DNA of 64,000 nucleotides. Origin: Felis catus. Taxonomy: Eukaryota. Position 1 is the first letter of the stretch, and each line of letters opens with the position of its first letter. The position numbers and the translations under genes were made by a program. Where the stretch lies: assembly GCF_018350175.1 (NCBI RefSeq), contig NC_058383.1:10728001-10792000 (forward strand), read 5' to 3'. A model generated the notes under the pieces. The model saw only the letters and a program-made list of their open reading frames with translations. It searched no databases and was not told where the DNA came from. Below are positions 23,439 to 35,201 of the stretch, piece by piece.

Positions 23439-25766
23439 CTCAAAGGGGCTGTTTTTATGTCCAAGGCAGTCTCGAGTCCATGTTCCTACCCTGGGCCTCC
23501 AGACTCACTTCTCCTGAAGGAAGGCCCCTGGATGCAGGAGATGTCTCCTGTTCCCCAGGGAACTGTGCCTGGGACAGTGGCCCTGTCCTGCCCCTTAGCC
23601 CCCCGCCAGGACCCCTAGGCCGCCTCTGAGTTCCTGTGGGACTGAATCGCCAGTCACACCAACTTGGGTGTGGAAGGACCATCCTCAGGCCACCTCGCCT
23701 TCCAGGCAGAAGTCACAACACAGCCTTGGAGTGCCCGCTGTTGGTGGGGTGACAGATGGGGTCCCGCACACCCCACACGCTTCTAAATGCTTCCTGCTGA
23801 GCCTAAAAGCAGGAGTGACTTAAGTTAGATTTAAGCAGGGACGACTGTTGGGTGTTCAAATGGATGAGCCAATGGTCGAGCAGCTGCAAGTTCTCTGGAG
23901 AGGGCGGGGGTTGGGGGGGGTGGGGGCTTGGCTGGGGGCGAGGGAGGGACCACGCAACCCCTCGGGGTGCTACCATTCCCCACGCCATCCCTCAAGCCCT
24001 GGGAGGCAGTGACCTCACGCTACTCTCTATCATAATATTTACCAACAGAGCTGCAATTGAGCCAGGAAGCTTGGCAATTATAATCATGTTATCATTATTG
24101 CTGATAATTCCGATCATAAGCATAAATTATAAACAGGAGCGGGGCACAGTGGTTAAGAGCAGGGGGCAGGGACAGCTGTGTGTGTGGGCGGGGTGAGACC
24201 GGCCTGTCTCCCCTGCTCCCACTCCCCTCCTGTTTCTGGCTGAGGCCAAGTCCCCTCCAGAGCCTGGCCCAGGGATACGGTGGCTGCAGGGGGGTGGTGG
24301 GGTGGGGGTGGGGGGCTCCAGGTGGCCTTTTCCTGCCAGGGTCCCGAGGTTGTCCTGACAGCCTCACACCAAGCCCCACTCCGCCGCGCAGAAACTATTA
24401 AGGCGCAATTATTACAGAGACAGTCTTTCCGAATTGATCTTTCAGTTACTCCACGGCTGCAGCCATGGAGACGGCCCCAACTCAATTACATGCCTCTCTC
24501 TGTTCTTGACAGATTCCAGCGGAGAGTCGGAGGAGGAGGCAGAGAGAGGAGGCGTGAGGTAGGGGGGGTGCAGAGAGCGAGGGGTAGTGTTGAAGAGAGC
24601 GACCTACAAAGACAGCAACAAACAGATGGAGAGAAACATACAGGGAGAAAACAGAGATCAACGAGGCACCTGACAGTAGACAGAGGAGGCCCGTGTCGAT
24701 CCATTCATTCATTTCGCAGACGTTTGTATGCTCACTGGCCAGGGTGCTTGACAGTGTCCGTCCCACCTCCTCCCTTACCTGAGCTTTGGGTTGAATGGGT
24801 GAATCCAACGGGGAGCAAATAAGCATCACCCAGCGTAAAATCAACTGGGCCGAGGACTCAAGAGTGCCTGAGGGCACTTAGGCGGGCAGCCTGGCCGGTG
24901 AGGTCAGGAAGGCTGAGACCTACCGGAAGAGGGGCTGGCCCCGTGGGGGACAGGCAGGGCACTGGGTTCAGGACACTGTGCAAAGGCCAGCTTTCCTTCC
25001 ACGACGCAAAAGCTAAAATCTGACTCCAAGGCCTGGACAGACCCCTCTTTTGGGGGAAGAGGGTTTTGGAAGACTGGTGGGGGGGCCAGGAGGGACCCTT
25101 CTCCTGGGGGTGAGGACCCTGGGTTCCCAGAAAATCCCGAGGTGGGAGAGAAATATTTTAGCGAGCCCCGAGGCCCTGGCCCAGTGGGCCTTTGGCACAG
25201 GGGCCGGAGGGGGCCGTCTGCTTGGTTCCCTATTCCCCGTGGGGTCAGGGGCATGGCCTCAGACTGAGGTGGATGCCCCCTCTGGTTCATTGCCGCACAC
25301 ACCACAGCTGCCGGCCCAGAGCCCCCAGGTTCAGGGTCTGGGTCTGCACGATATCCAGTACAGACAGGGTGCATTGGTATACAACCCAGGCCCTCCCATC
25401 TCAGGGCCAGTCTGATCCAGGCAAATGCCAGGCCTGTGACAGAGAGCCAGCACCGAGTGCCCCGTGGCACAAGGGACGTGGCAGTGAGCCAGTACTGCGT
25501 GGCTGAGTGTGGTTAAATCAGAGACGCCAGAGCTTGAATGGCGCTCCCTAAACTTGACCGTGTATCACAAGAGCCAGGGTTAGGGTTAGGGTTAGCAGTG
25601 CAAAGTCCCAGGGCCTCTCTCCCACCCGGCCAGTGTCTGAGCCAACACATCTCCTGGAAGGGCCCGGACCTGCACCTTTCACAGGCACACGAGGCGAGGA
25701 ACCTGAGGCCCAGGATCTTCCAAATCAGCAGCGAGATGAGACCAAAGATGCTTCCAGGTGACCCCT

Positions 25767-26040
25767 TAGCCGCTAGCCACATATGAAAGCCTGTCTTGTC
25801 CAAACTGAGATGTGTTGTGTTACAACAGACATTGGGTATCGAACGGAAAACATCTCAGTCTTTAAAAATATTATTACGTGCTCAAACGAATACAATTTGG
25901 ATATGTCAGGTTACATAAAATATATCGTTAAAATTAATCTCACCTGTTCCTTTCTCATTTTTGCAAACTACGAGGAAATTTAAAATTTCCTCTGCGGTGT
26001 GCATTTGTGGCTCGCGTTCTATTTCTGTTGGCCAGCGCTG
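25767..26040 (-). mobile_element. MER33-like hAT-Charlie DNA transposon
   Basis: tagccgctagccacatatg...gtccaaactgagatgtg...aaaattaatctcacctgttcc...gtggctcgcgttctatttctgttggccagcgctg is the reverse complement of the recalled MER33. Confidence 0.75.
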
Positions 26041-29000
26041 CCCCAGACTACTTACCAGGGCCAAACCCTGGGGCCTGGGAGGCTGAAGTGCGGATCTGCC
26101 CGTGTCCTCGCGGAAGCCCTCCTGGCTTCCTACCCCAGCTTGCCAGCTTCGGTGCCTGAAATCCCAGAACGTGGGCTCTATTTTGTTGGGGTCCGGAAGC
26201 CTCGGAGGACTCTGAGAGGTGACTCGACTGATCAAATACCCCAGAGAAGGAAATGATCTCTGTCCTTGGTGGCCTGGATAAGCCACGGAAAGAAAGATTT
26301 GGGAATGAAAAGAACTGCTGCTGGTGACCTGGGGGATGGCCCGCCTTGGGAGGCGGAGGGAGGATTTGGAGGTCCCCAAGCAAGCCCATCAGCTACCCTT
26401 TGGTGCCATGCGGCCCCCCTATCACCTGAGCACCCTGGCCGGTAGGGATAACATTTACCGTCTGGGCTACGGGTTCTATGGGTCCTGCACATTCCATACA
26501 CTGAATCTTATTTTCCCTTTGATTTCCACGATGGAACAGGAGGTATGCTCTGAAGAGAAAGAGGCGTAGCTGGTTCCAGAAACCGTTTGAGTCTTATTTT
26601 TAAAGGATGAATACTAATTATCAGCTAAAATCATTTCCTGAAAATCCAAGGAAACCCACAGAGATGGCAAAACGGAGTGGCGGGTTGGGGATCGGGAGCC
26701 CTGAGGTCCATTCCCGACCTGCACCGCTGGGCTGCTGTGTCAGTCCTTCCCCCCTCGGTGAGATGAAGGTGCTGATTTCACCGTCCTCACCTTTGGCCCC
26801 TGTGGTCACGTCTAGGGTAGCATATCCTAGGCTCCTCCCCATAGGCTTGCCCCAAGGTAAGGAGGCTGTCCTTCTATCTCTTCTATGACTCCCTGGAGTC
26901 TTACCTCCAAGGAGCAAGGACCCAAGAGACGTGGCCAAGATCGTGGGAAAGGAAATGATGCGCACAGGAGGTCAGGGAGCCAGGACTGGGCCCAAACCCC
27001 AGGGAAGCAGGGAACTGAGTCCCTGGGGGCAGTTCTGGCCAGTCTACTGGTCCGAGACCCTGGGATACAGGCACTGGGCCAGGAGAGAGAGACCAGCTCC
27101 TGCCGGGGAGCCCCCGAACTGACAGGACGCACAGGTACACACTCACTTCCGCAGATGCCCTGGCATCTTACGTTCCCATCTGTGAAATGGGGATTGTCAG
27201 GTCCACCTGCCGGGAGGGTTGTCAGGAAGGTGGGATGAACGAGGGCACGGAAGAGGCTTTGTGATGGAAGGAGTCCTGTGACTTCCAGGTTATGAAGGGG
27301 AAGGCAGTGAGAGCAGCCTCAGTTTCCACATCTGTGTAGGACAGGGATGCAGCCAGGCCTGAGGGAGGGTGAGGCCAGTGGAGGCTCCTATAGGCGGGGA
27401 GCAGCCACCAGCAAGGACTTTTCAACCAAACTCCCCTCCCGGCCGAGGGAACTCCTGCTGCCCTTCTCTGGGGAAGGAACCGAACTTGACAAAAATGGAA
27501 CGCCCCTGACCTTGTCCTTAGAATCCTCACCTCCGCACGAAGACCCGGTCCAGCAAGACTCTGAGTGGGGCTTTGCCCCTAGAAGAAGCCAACAAATTAA
27601 AAAATTGAGAACTACTCCCTGCCGAGTACCTACTACCCAGCAGGAACTACACTAAGCATCTCCCCTGTGGCACATGTCATTCAGCCCTCCCAATCATCAC
27701 ACAGAGAAAGGAGTACCTTGGCTCCATATTACAGATCAGGAAGCTGAGGCCCAGAGAGGGCAATCGCCTTGGCCTAGGACATACAGTTAATGAATGTGAA
27801 GCCAGGGGTCATACCCTAGTCACACGTAGCGGGGCAGGGCCTAGACGTGCTGGGCCAAGGCCTTCTGCTGTGGCGCACTGCCCCCCAGTCTGCCTGGGCA
27901 AGGTTGGGGGCAGACTGGCTGTTCTGGACGGGGAAGAACAGCCCAGAGGTTGGAAGAGGGCATCCGTCAGCAACACCCCACTCGCATTATTGCTGCTGGG
28001 GATTCTGCCTGCAGAGGGCAGTAGTGAGCACACACCGGTACTCCCTCCCCACCAGGCCTCTCAGCTCCTCCCGGCCCTGGGGCACACAGGCTTCCGGCAC
28101 TCTGCCCCAGGACTTGGGGGTCTGGAAAGCATTCTCCCTAGAAACCAACAGCCCAGCCAGCCCCTCCTGACCAGTTTGCCCCAGCTAGACCCACTGAGGC
28201 CACGCCTTACCACCATTGCAGTTGGATGGATGGACCGTAGGCCAGTGGGCTCAACCGGGGCTATGGAGACAGTCCCAGCCGCGCCATGCACATGCTGTAC
28301 GTCCCTAAGCGGGTCACCTCCCCTCATTGTAAAACGAGGCCAGTACAACAACAGGGTGTCAGGATGTCCCCCGGGCCTTCTGGTGATGAGGGGGATAGGG
28401 AGGTACCCCCCGAGAGGGCAAAAGGCAGTGTGTGACGAAGGGGGCTTCTGTGGCCTCATTCCTCACTCCCACTCCTCTGACCAACACCGTGGGCAAGGCA
28501 TTCTGGGCACCAGGGGCCCCTCTGGGCTTGGCCTTGGGCTGGGCACTGTGGACCTGGCCTGCCCAGGAGAAGCTCTATCTGATGGGCTTGTGGGCTAGAC
28601 CTGCCCAGCCAAGTTTATCCTTTACCAAGTGCCCGCTGTGCGCCCAGCAGGGCCCCAAGGAGGTTGGGGGAAGACTCCGTGGGCTTTGCTGGGACCTCGA
28701 AGGTTCTCAATCTCCATCTGGCTCTCTCCATCTAGGCCAGGGGTTCCCTGGGGTTGGGGCCTGCCTGGCTCGTGTCCCTCCCAGGAGTGCCCAGCATAGC
28801 AAGGGCCCAGCACAGGGCTCGGGGCACCACTCCCTCTACTGAATGAAGATGCGCGGCTTTGGACAGGATGAGAGGTGTGCTCCCTGATTCCGTAGGACGG
28901 CTGGTATGGTAGGGGAAGGGGGTGGCAAACGCCTGAGTCGGGGATCAGAAGGAGGGCTGCCCAGGCAAGATGGGCCTTGGAGCCTCCAGCTGGATCTGTT

Positions 29001-29449
29001 GCGACCTTGGGCAGGCCACTGCCTTCCTTCACATCCCCGGGGACAAAGGCTGAAAGAGGTACCTGGACCGGCCACCGGAAGCCAACCTGGGCAAGGTGGG
29101 AGTGACCAGTCAGCCGACGACTTCGGTTCTCCAGCCGCCGCCGCCGCCTCCGCCGCGCAGGGCGCCGGGCCCTGCTCCAGGGTGTCTCCCCGCGCCCGCT
29201 GAGTGACCTTGACCCTGCGCCCCGGGAACCCCGCGCCCCGGCTTCCTAATCCGCCCCTGACGGGGCGCTGGGGAGGCGGAGGGGCGTCGCCGGGCAGCCA
29301 GGGGGCGCCGAGGCCGCGGGCGCCCCTCCCGCAGGCCCCCCTGGCGGCGGGCGCTGGGGCGGCGCGCGCTCGGGGCGCCGGGGGCGGGGCGGGGGCGCGG
29401 CGCTCCCCCCGCGGTGCCCAGGCCGGGGCGCGGGGCGGGCCGGGCGGGC

Positions 29450-29553
29450 TAATCCCGTATGTAAATGGCAGCCAATGGAGGGTGGTGTTGCGCGGGGCTG
29501 GGATTAGGGCCGGGGCGAATGGCTGGCAATCTTACTGGGATTACAGAACAAAG
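29450..29553 (+). promoter_or_regulatory. GTF2IRD1: GTF2IRD1 upstream region (GUR): autoregulatory array of three GGATTA sites plus CCAAT box
   Basis: TAATCC (inverted GGATTA) 29450-29455, CCAAT 29472-29476, GGATTA 29501-29506, GGATTA 29538-29543, SOX-like AACAAAG 29547-29553. Established: GTF2IRD1 represses its own promoter through a conserved three-site GGATTA array. Confidence 0.85.
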
Positions 29554-29871
29554 AGCCTCCCTGCGCTCCCGCTCTCGGCTCCGCTCCCCGCGCCGCGCCC
29601 CGCCCTCCGCCGCAGCCCGCGCCGGGGGTGGGGGCCGCCGAGCGCCAGCCCCCCGGCCGGCCCGAGAGCCCCCGCCGCGGCCCCTCCCCGGCCGGCGCCC
29701 CGCGCCCCGCGCCCCCCGCCCCCCCGCCGCGCCGCGCCGCGCCGCGCCTCCCTCCGCCGCGCCTTCCCCCATTCTCCCGGATTAATTAAGGAGGCAGCGG
29801 CAGGAGGCTGAGTCCTGGCCGCGGGCCGGGGCCGGGGCGCCGCTGGCAGGAGCGCTTGGGGATCCTCCAAG
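29545..29871 (+). other. GTF2IRD1: Non-coding first exon (5' UTR) of GTF2IRD1; start (TSS) approximate
   Basis: Seen: GC-rich, ATG-free segment in a CpG island, ending CAGGAGCGCTTGGGGATCCTCCAAG followed by donor GTAGGA at 29872. Recall: matches the GTF2IRD1 5' UTR that splices to GCGACCATGGCC in exon 2, and sits directly below the GGATTA triplet characteristic of this promoter. Confidence 0.82.
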
Positions 29872-31515
29872 GTAGGAGAAACTTTTGCGGGGGGCGGGCG
29901 CCGAGGCCCTTCTCCCCTTCTCCTCCCACCCCCGTGGCCCCCGCCCCTCCCCCTCAAGGTGTTCCAGAATCTGGGTCCGGCTTTCGGGTGCCTTGGGAGG
30001 CACGTGACTGGGATTATAATTCGGGCCGGGGGGGGGGGGGGGTGGTGGTGGTGGTGGTGGCGAAGGGGAGGGCCGGCCGCCCTCACCTGCCGGGAGGGGG
30101 GTGGGAGCCGGGAACTGTCACCCCCCGGTCCTTCCGGAGGTGGGGGGCGTCCCGGGCGGGCGGCGGGCGCCCGCAGGCTGCTGCAGTTGGCGAATGAGGT
30201 CAGTCGTGCTGCCCGCGGCGGCGGGCGCCAGTGTGGGAGCAGAGGGGGCTGGGAAGGCCGCCGGTCCCCGCCCCCCCCCGCCCCCCACCTCTGCCTTCCT
30301 CGGGCTGGGCCATCTCCTGGCCGGTGCCCCCCACTCGCAGGCTGAGTCCGACACAGCGAGGACTGCCCCGCACAGTGGTTCCTGTTGGGGTACCCCGGGG
30401 AGGGGGCTGGCCTGAGTGGCGGGGAAGAGTCTCAGAGGATGGCGGTGGGGGCCACAAAGCATTCAGAGGAGCAAGTTGGGGGTGCCCCGCATGTAGGTGG
30501 TCTCTGAGTTCCCGCACACGGGCAGGGAGGCCTGTGGAGCGTCACGGGGTGCTTGATGCCCACCCCCCCATCCTGAGTCCTTCGAAATGACGGGCTCGGT
30601 GCCTCTCCTGGGCTCCGGCCCCGGCGTGTGGCCAGGGACAGGGATGATGCCCTGGCCTGGGCCCAGGGCAGAGGGGGACGTTGCAGCTGAGAGTTCTGCC
30701 CTCCTGGACATCTGGCCATGTGACCTAAGCTCCGTGGACCAGACCTGGGTCGGGGGGAGGCCCCTGTGTCCCCCATCACCGCGGAAGTGAGGGAACTCCG
30801 CACGCAGGGGTCTCCTTGCCAGGCAAGTGGGGGCAGTGCTGTCCTTGGATGGAGTGGGGTCCTGGTGGTGGGGGGCGTGGGACTGCCCTGGGCCTAGCAG
30901 CTGGGTGAGGGGCAGGCGTGGACCGAGGAGTGGGCACTGGCAGGGGCCTTCCCTTGCTGCTCACAGTGGAAGGAAGAGGCGGCCAGAAGCTGCTCTGACC
31001 TCCTCTGGTGGCCTCCGGGCTGGGACTGCTTGCTCCTCGGCACTGCCCGGGTCCTCAGGGCTTGGGAGGTGCCTTCCAAGCAGCCATTTATTTCAGCAGT
31101 GTCATTCCCAAAGGGAAAGGGCACTGGCATTGATTATTCGGAGCAGGAGGCAGCAGTGGCTGGGAGGCTGGTGGCTGCTGGTGGGGATGGTCTGGGCGCA
31201 GGGGTGGCCAAGATGGGTGGTCAGGTGCCCATCCCAAGCCACCCACTGCGGGAGCCCAGGAGGGTTTGAGGTAGACTCTGACCTCTTCCGAACAGGGACC
31301 ACTGGACCAAGGGACAGACTTGGCTCCAAGGTGAGGGGATGTCAGATCCCCCCACCTGCTTTTGGGATTTGAGAGGCTTAAGACCACACCCCATTCTGCA
31401 GCCCGCTAGGAGAGTGACCTAGAAAGTTGAGGCTGTGACTCAGAGGGTCCCAGAGGACCCCAGCAGAGGAAACAAGCAAAGGTTGGAACTCTGCTGGTAC
31501 ATTTAAAATGTGGGA

Positions 31516-31735
31516 GGGGCACCTGGGTGGCTCAGTCCATTCAGCGTCAGACTCTAGATTTTGGCTCAGGGCATGATCTCGTGGTTTGTGAGTTCGAACC
31601 CCACATGGGGCTCTGAGCTGACAGCACGGAGCTTGCTTGGGATTCTCTCTCTGTCCCTCTCTCTCTGCCCTTCCCCTGCAAATGCACTTTCTCACTCTCA
31701 AAATAAATAAAGTTTAAAAACGAAATAAATAATAT
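31516..31735 (+). mobile_element. Can-SINE
   Basis: Head ggggcacctgggtggctcagtc, A tail, TSD ATGTGGGAG. Confidence 0.9.
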
Positions 31736-33571
31736 GTGGGAGACCCGGGGCCGAGGGTGGCAACCCTGGGTCTTAACGACAGCGTTGTCGGGACACGTTT
31801 AACCTACTTAAGAGGACTGTTCACCAGGTGCTAGAGGAAGGGTCGTTTATGTGCAGTGTGCTCATCGCAAATACTTTTTATCTGTTCTTGGAAGGCAGTC
31901 TCTCCCAGAGCCAGGCTCGCCTTCCGGCACAGTGGCGGATGTTAGTGTTCGATGCTTGGAGATAGTCAGAAAGGGGGTCTCGGAGGCAGATGTTCTCACA
32001 GCCTGTCCCCAGCAGCCAGCGCCTGCACAGTCTGGCAGCAGTCGGGGGGTGGTCAGAAACCCCAGGTGAGGATCTCAGGGTGACACCATGGGGCGTTCGT
32101 CTCCTACAAGTGTGACCTTGGAGCCACAGACCGCATCGCCTGGTCCGTCCCTGTTCTGGGTTCTGTCACTCATCCGTCCATCCACTGCCACCTCGACCGG
32201 TTCATTGAGTCCCTCAGTTTTCCTGAATGCCCTTTGCATGAGCTGTTCGTCTTCCCTGGAAGGTTCTTCGCATCCTTCCTCTGAGGGGGTGGGAGGCTTC
32301 CTTTGGTGGCCCTGCCTAGAGTCGGGGATACGGGTGGTAGGATTTGCCTGTTTCCTCTCCATGAAGACTACGCTGACGGTCCTCGGGCTGGAATCCCAGG
32401 GCTGGCCTCGGTGCCACCTCTGTGTCCCCCGTGGCGTCCTGTCCTTCCTCTGTCCCAACATTGATCTCACTCAGAGGCTCCACATCTGTCTCCCCAGGTG
32501 CCCTAAGGGCAGGGCAGGGACCGGGTTTGCTTTTGATTCCCTGGTGCCCAGGGCTGGCACCCAAATACTTGTTGAATGACTGCTTGAGGGAATGAATGGA
32601 TGAAGTCTGGCTTCAGAGCCTTGGCCCATATTGCTAAGCCTGTTATCCCTGAATCCCTATCTGTGGGGAGGATCCCCCCCATGGTGAGACTCCTGAATAT
32701 CCTCTGTCCTGCTTCTCAGACCTCTGGCTCTTGGCTGTCTGTGGGCGACTCTTCAGTGCCTCACAGCCAGGTTCCCTGGGACAAGCGGGAATGTGTGCCC
32801 AGCTCCAGGAGCCTGCGGAGGCCTCAAGGGGCACCCGGGAACACGACTTTCAGGGTGAATTCACAAACACCGGGGAGCAGAGCAGGACTCGGGGCCGGCC
32901 GGGGGCTCGGAACCTTCCGGGAGGCTGTGGGGCCCGGGAGACGTGGACCCTTAGGGCAGCCGCAAGGGAACTCCCAGCAGGGATTAATTCATAAGCAGAG
33001 GTGGAGTATTGGAAGGATTGTTTTATGTGGGAGAACTGAAGAAGAAATGGAATTGGTTAGAAGCAGCAATGAGATGTGTGCTCCCTCCCCCCCCCCCACC
33101 TCCCGCCTTCGGTGGCAGGGACACAGTGCAGACATGTGTGTAGATGTTGGGGTGTCCAGGCGGCCCCCAAGGGGAGCCAGCTCCCCCACTTGGTTCCTAG
33201 GCCCCTCATTTGCAGGCGTGTCTGGCTGGGACCCTGGGACCCTCGTGCTCGCTGGGGTAGCTACTCTGTCATTTCAGACTCAGTGCTGTGGGTTGTGGCT
33301 GATGACAGTAAGGGACTCAGAGCCCCGGGGGGATGGGGGGCTGGCGCAAGGGGCTGAGCCCTTGTTCACTTTGTGGGGACTTAAGTTTGCTGAATGGGCT
33401 GGGTGGGGCTGTACTTTGTCCCCACCCGGGCTGGGGATGGCTGGTCGGTGTGTCTCACTCAGGCAGAGCCCTTGTTCCCGACACTCTTCTTCTTGGTCCG
33501 GAGCTGGGCCTGGCCAACCCAGAGCTATTTGTGTGCCCACCTGTCTCCCTCCTTCAGGACCACCTGCTTCT

Positions 33572-33711
33572 GGTTGCCAAGATCTGGCTAATAAAAATAG
33601 GGATGCCCAGTTAAATTTGGATTTCGGATAAGCCACAGATAATGCGGGATTGAGGATGTAACTTTGTTCAGCTGGAGCTGAACCGGGGGTCTCGTATTTT
33701 ATTTGGCAACC
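33572..33711. mobile_element. MER53-like hAT MITE
   Basis: Terminal inverted repeats GGTTGCCA (33572-33579) and TGGCAACC (33704-33711); internal aataaaaatagggatgcccagttaaatttggatttc. Confidence 0.75.
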
Positions 33712-35000
33712 TTGCAGCTGTGACCTCTGGGCTGGGGGACTGTCGGGGACTGGGGAGAGAGGCTCAGGGAGTGGTTGAGGCCTGGAGTTGGGGTCAGGGC
33801 TCAACCCAAAGCTCCAGGGGATGGGCTGGGGGAGTTTGAATCAGGCAGCACTGACTCCAGTTACCTCGGTCCGGCTTTCTCTAGTCTGTGGTCCCAGGGT
33901 CCGGATCTCCTGTTAAGCTTGGGTGGTGTGGGGGGCTCTGGGAAGCCCTGATTTTCGGAGACTTCTGTGCCACTGTGGTTGGGGGGGGGGGCAGAGGGGA
34001 AGGGAAGCTGCTGGGGACACTGTCGGGCACCCAAGTTAGGATTTGCCATCAAGGTTTACAGAGCGAGGCCTGAGCGCTGGGAGGCCGTTTCTCTGATGGT
34101 TCCCCCCCACTTCAAGACTTAGAGATCCTGCCTCAGGGGCCCCTGGTAAGGGAGCATCTTTGCCGGGTTGGGTCACAGACGGTGAGGGGCAGTCCCTTGA
34201 GGGATGCCCCCGTGGCTATAGCCAAGAAATAAGAGGCAGGGTCCTGTGTACCGTGTCCCTTGCCCCCAAGTCTGGGTTGTGTGCTCATATGTAGCATGGA
34301 GATGATACGCCCTCTCCTGCCTGAGCCTCAGATACTGTGGATGGACGGGGGGAGCCTCCAGAGCGTGGATATGTGGGTCACCCCAGTGCAGGCCTGGAGT
34401 GGAGACCATGTGGGAAGCCAGAGGTGAGTGGTCCTGGCTCGAGGGCCTTGGGTCTTGGGTAGCCTGCAGGTGCACAGCAAGTCTGTATAGTTGGGGATGG
34501 GGGGCTGAGCTGGAGGAGGCCCTCAGGCTGCTTCTGTCCTGGAGGCTTGGACGGGGCCAGGCCTGTTTGCTGATTGGGGGCGGGGGGGGGGTGTCTCAAG
34601 GTGTATTTTCTGACTTCTGGCAGAACCACCATATAGGGGAGTCTATATCCGTCCGTCTGTCTATCTGTCACTCCACCAGGCAGTGAGAAACTTGCAGATG
34701 CCCCAGGTCTGCAGACTCTCAGGTCCTGGCATCCAGCCCCAGGCCCGCACGTAGGAAAGGCTCACCCCATGGGTGGGTGTGTATTTTGGTGAAGGATGAG
34801 GGAATCCCCCGAAATGCTCAAGTCTTAAGTGTGCTTCCTAAGGGGTTTGACCACTGCGTGTACAATGTGCTGCTTCACGCAGCCCGGCCTCTGCAAAGAC
34901 ATGGAACGTTCCACCACCCCTTAAAGTTTCCTCAAGCTCGTTTGCAGCCAGCCCCTTACCTTCCCCCAGCTCCTGGCAACCACTGTGTTTTCTTTTTTCG

Positions 35001-35006
35001 TTTTCT

Positions 35007-35099
<93 letters not shown>

Positions 35100-35137
35100 T
35101 TCTCTCTTTCTCTCTTTCTCTCTTTCTCTTTTTCTCT

Positions 35138-35193
<56 letters not shown>

Positions 35194-35201
35194 TTCTTTC
35201 T
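35001..35201. repeat. Compound (TTTC)n/(TC)n polypyrimidine microsatellite inside an antisense L1 3' fragment (~34780-35360)
   Basis: About 200 consecutive pyrimidines read directly; flanks cctggcaaccact and ttttgcattttccagaac are L1M-like. Confidence 0.93.

Larger units (their letters stand above)
29100..30450. promoter_or_regulatory. CpG island promoter
   Basis: Very high GC and dense CpG relative to flanks, many GGGCGG boxes, (GCC)n at ~29133-29155, no TATA box. Confidence 0.95.

Noticed and set aside
29293..29310. CTCF-like CAGCCAGGGGGCGCC in the promoter island
   Set aside because: Mismatch at a key core position, and such matches are common in CpG islands.
29203..30462. Overlapping Pro/Arg/Gly/Ala-rich ORFs in the CpG island
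   Set aside because: Stop-codon depletion in GC-rich DNA explains them; the recognised exon is non-coding.
32600..33631. Longest ORF in the track (343 aa, + strand)
   Set aside because: No recognisable domain, composition typical of GC-rich non-coding DNA, and it ends inside a MER53-like element.
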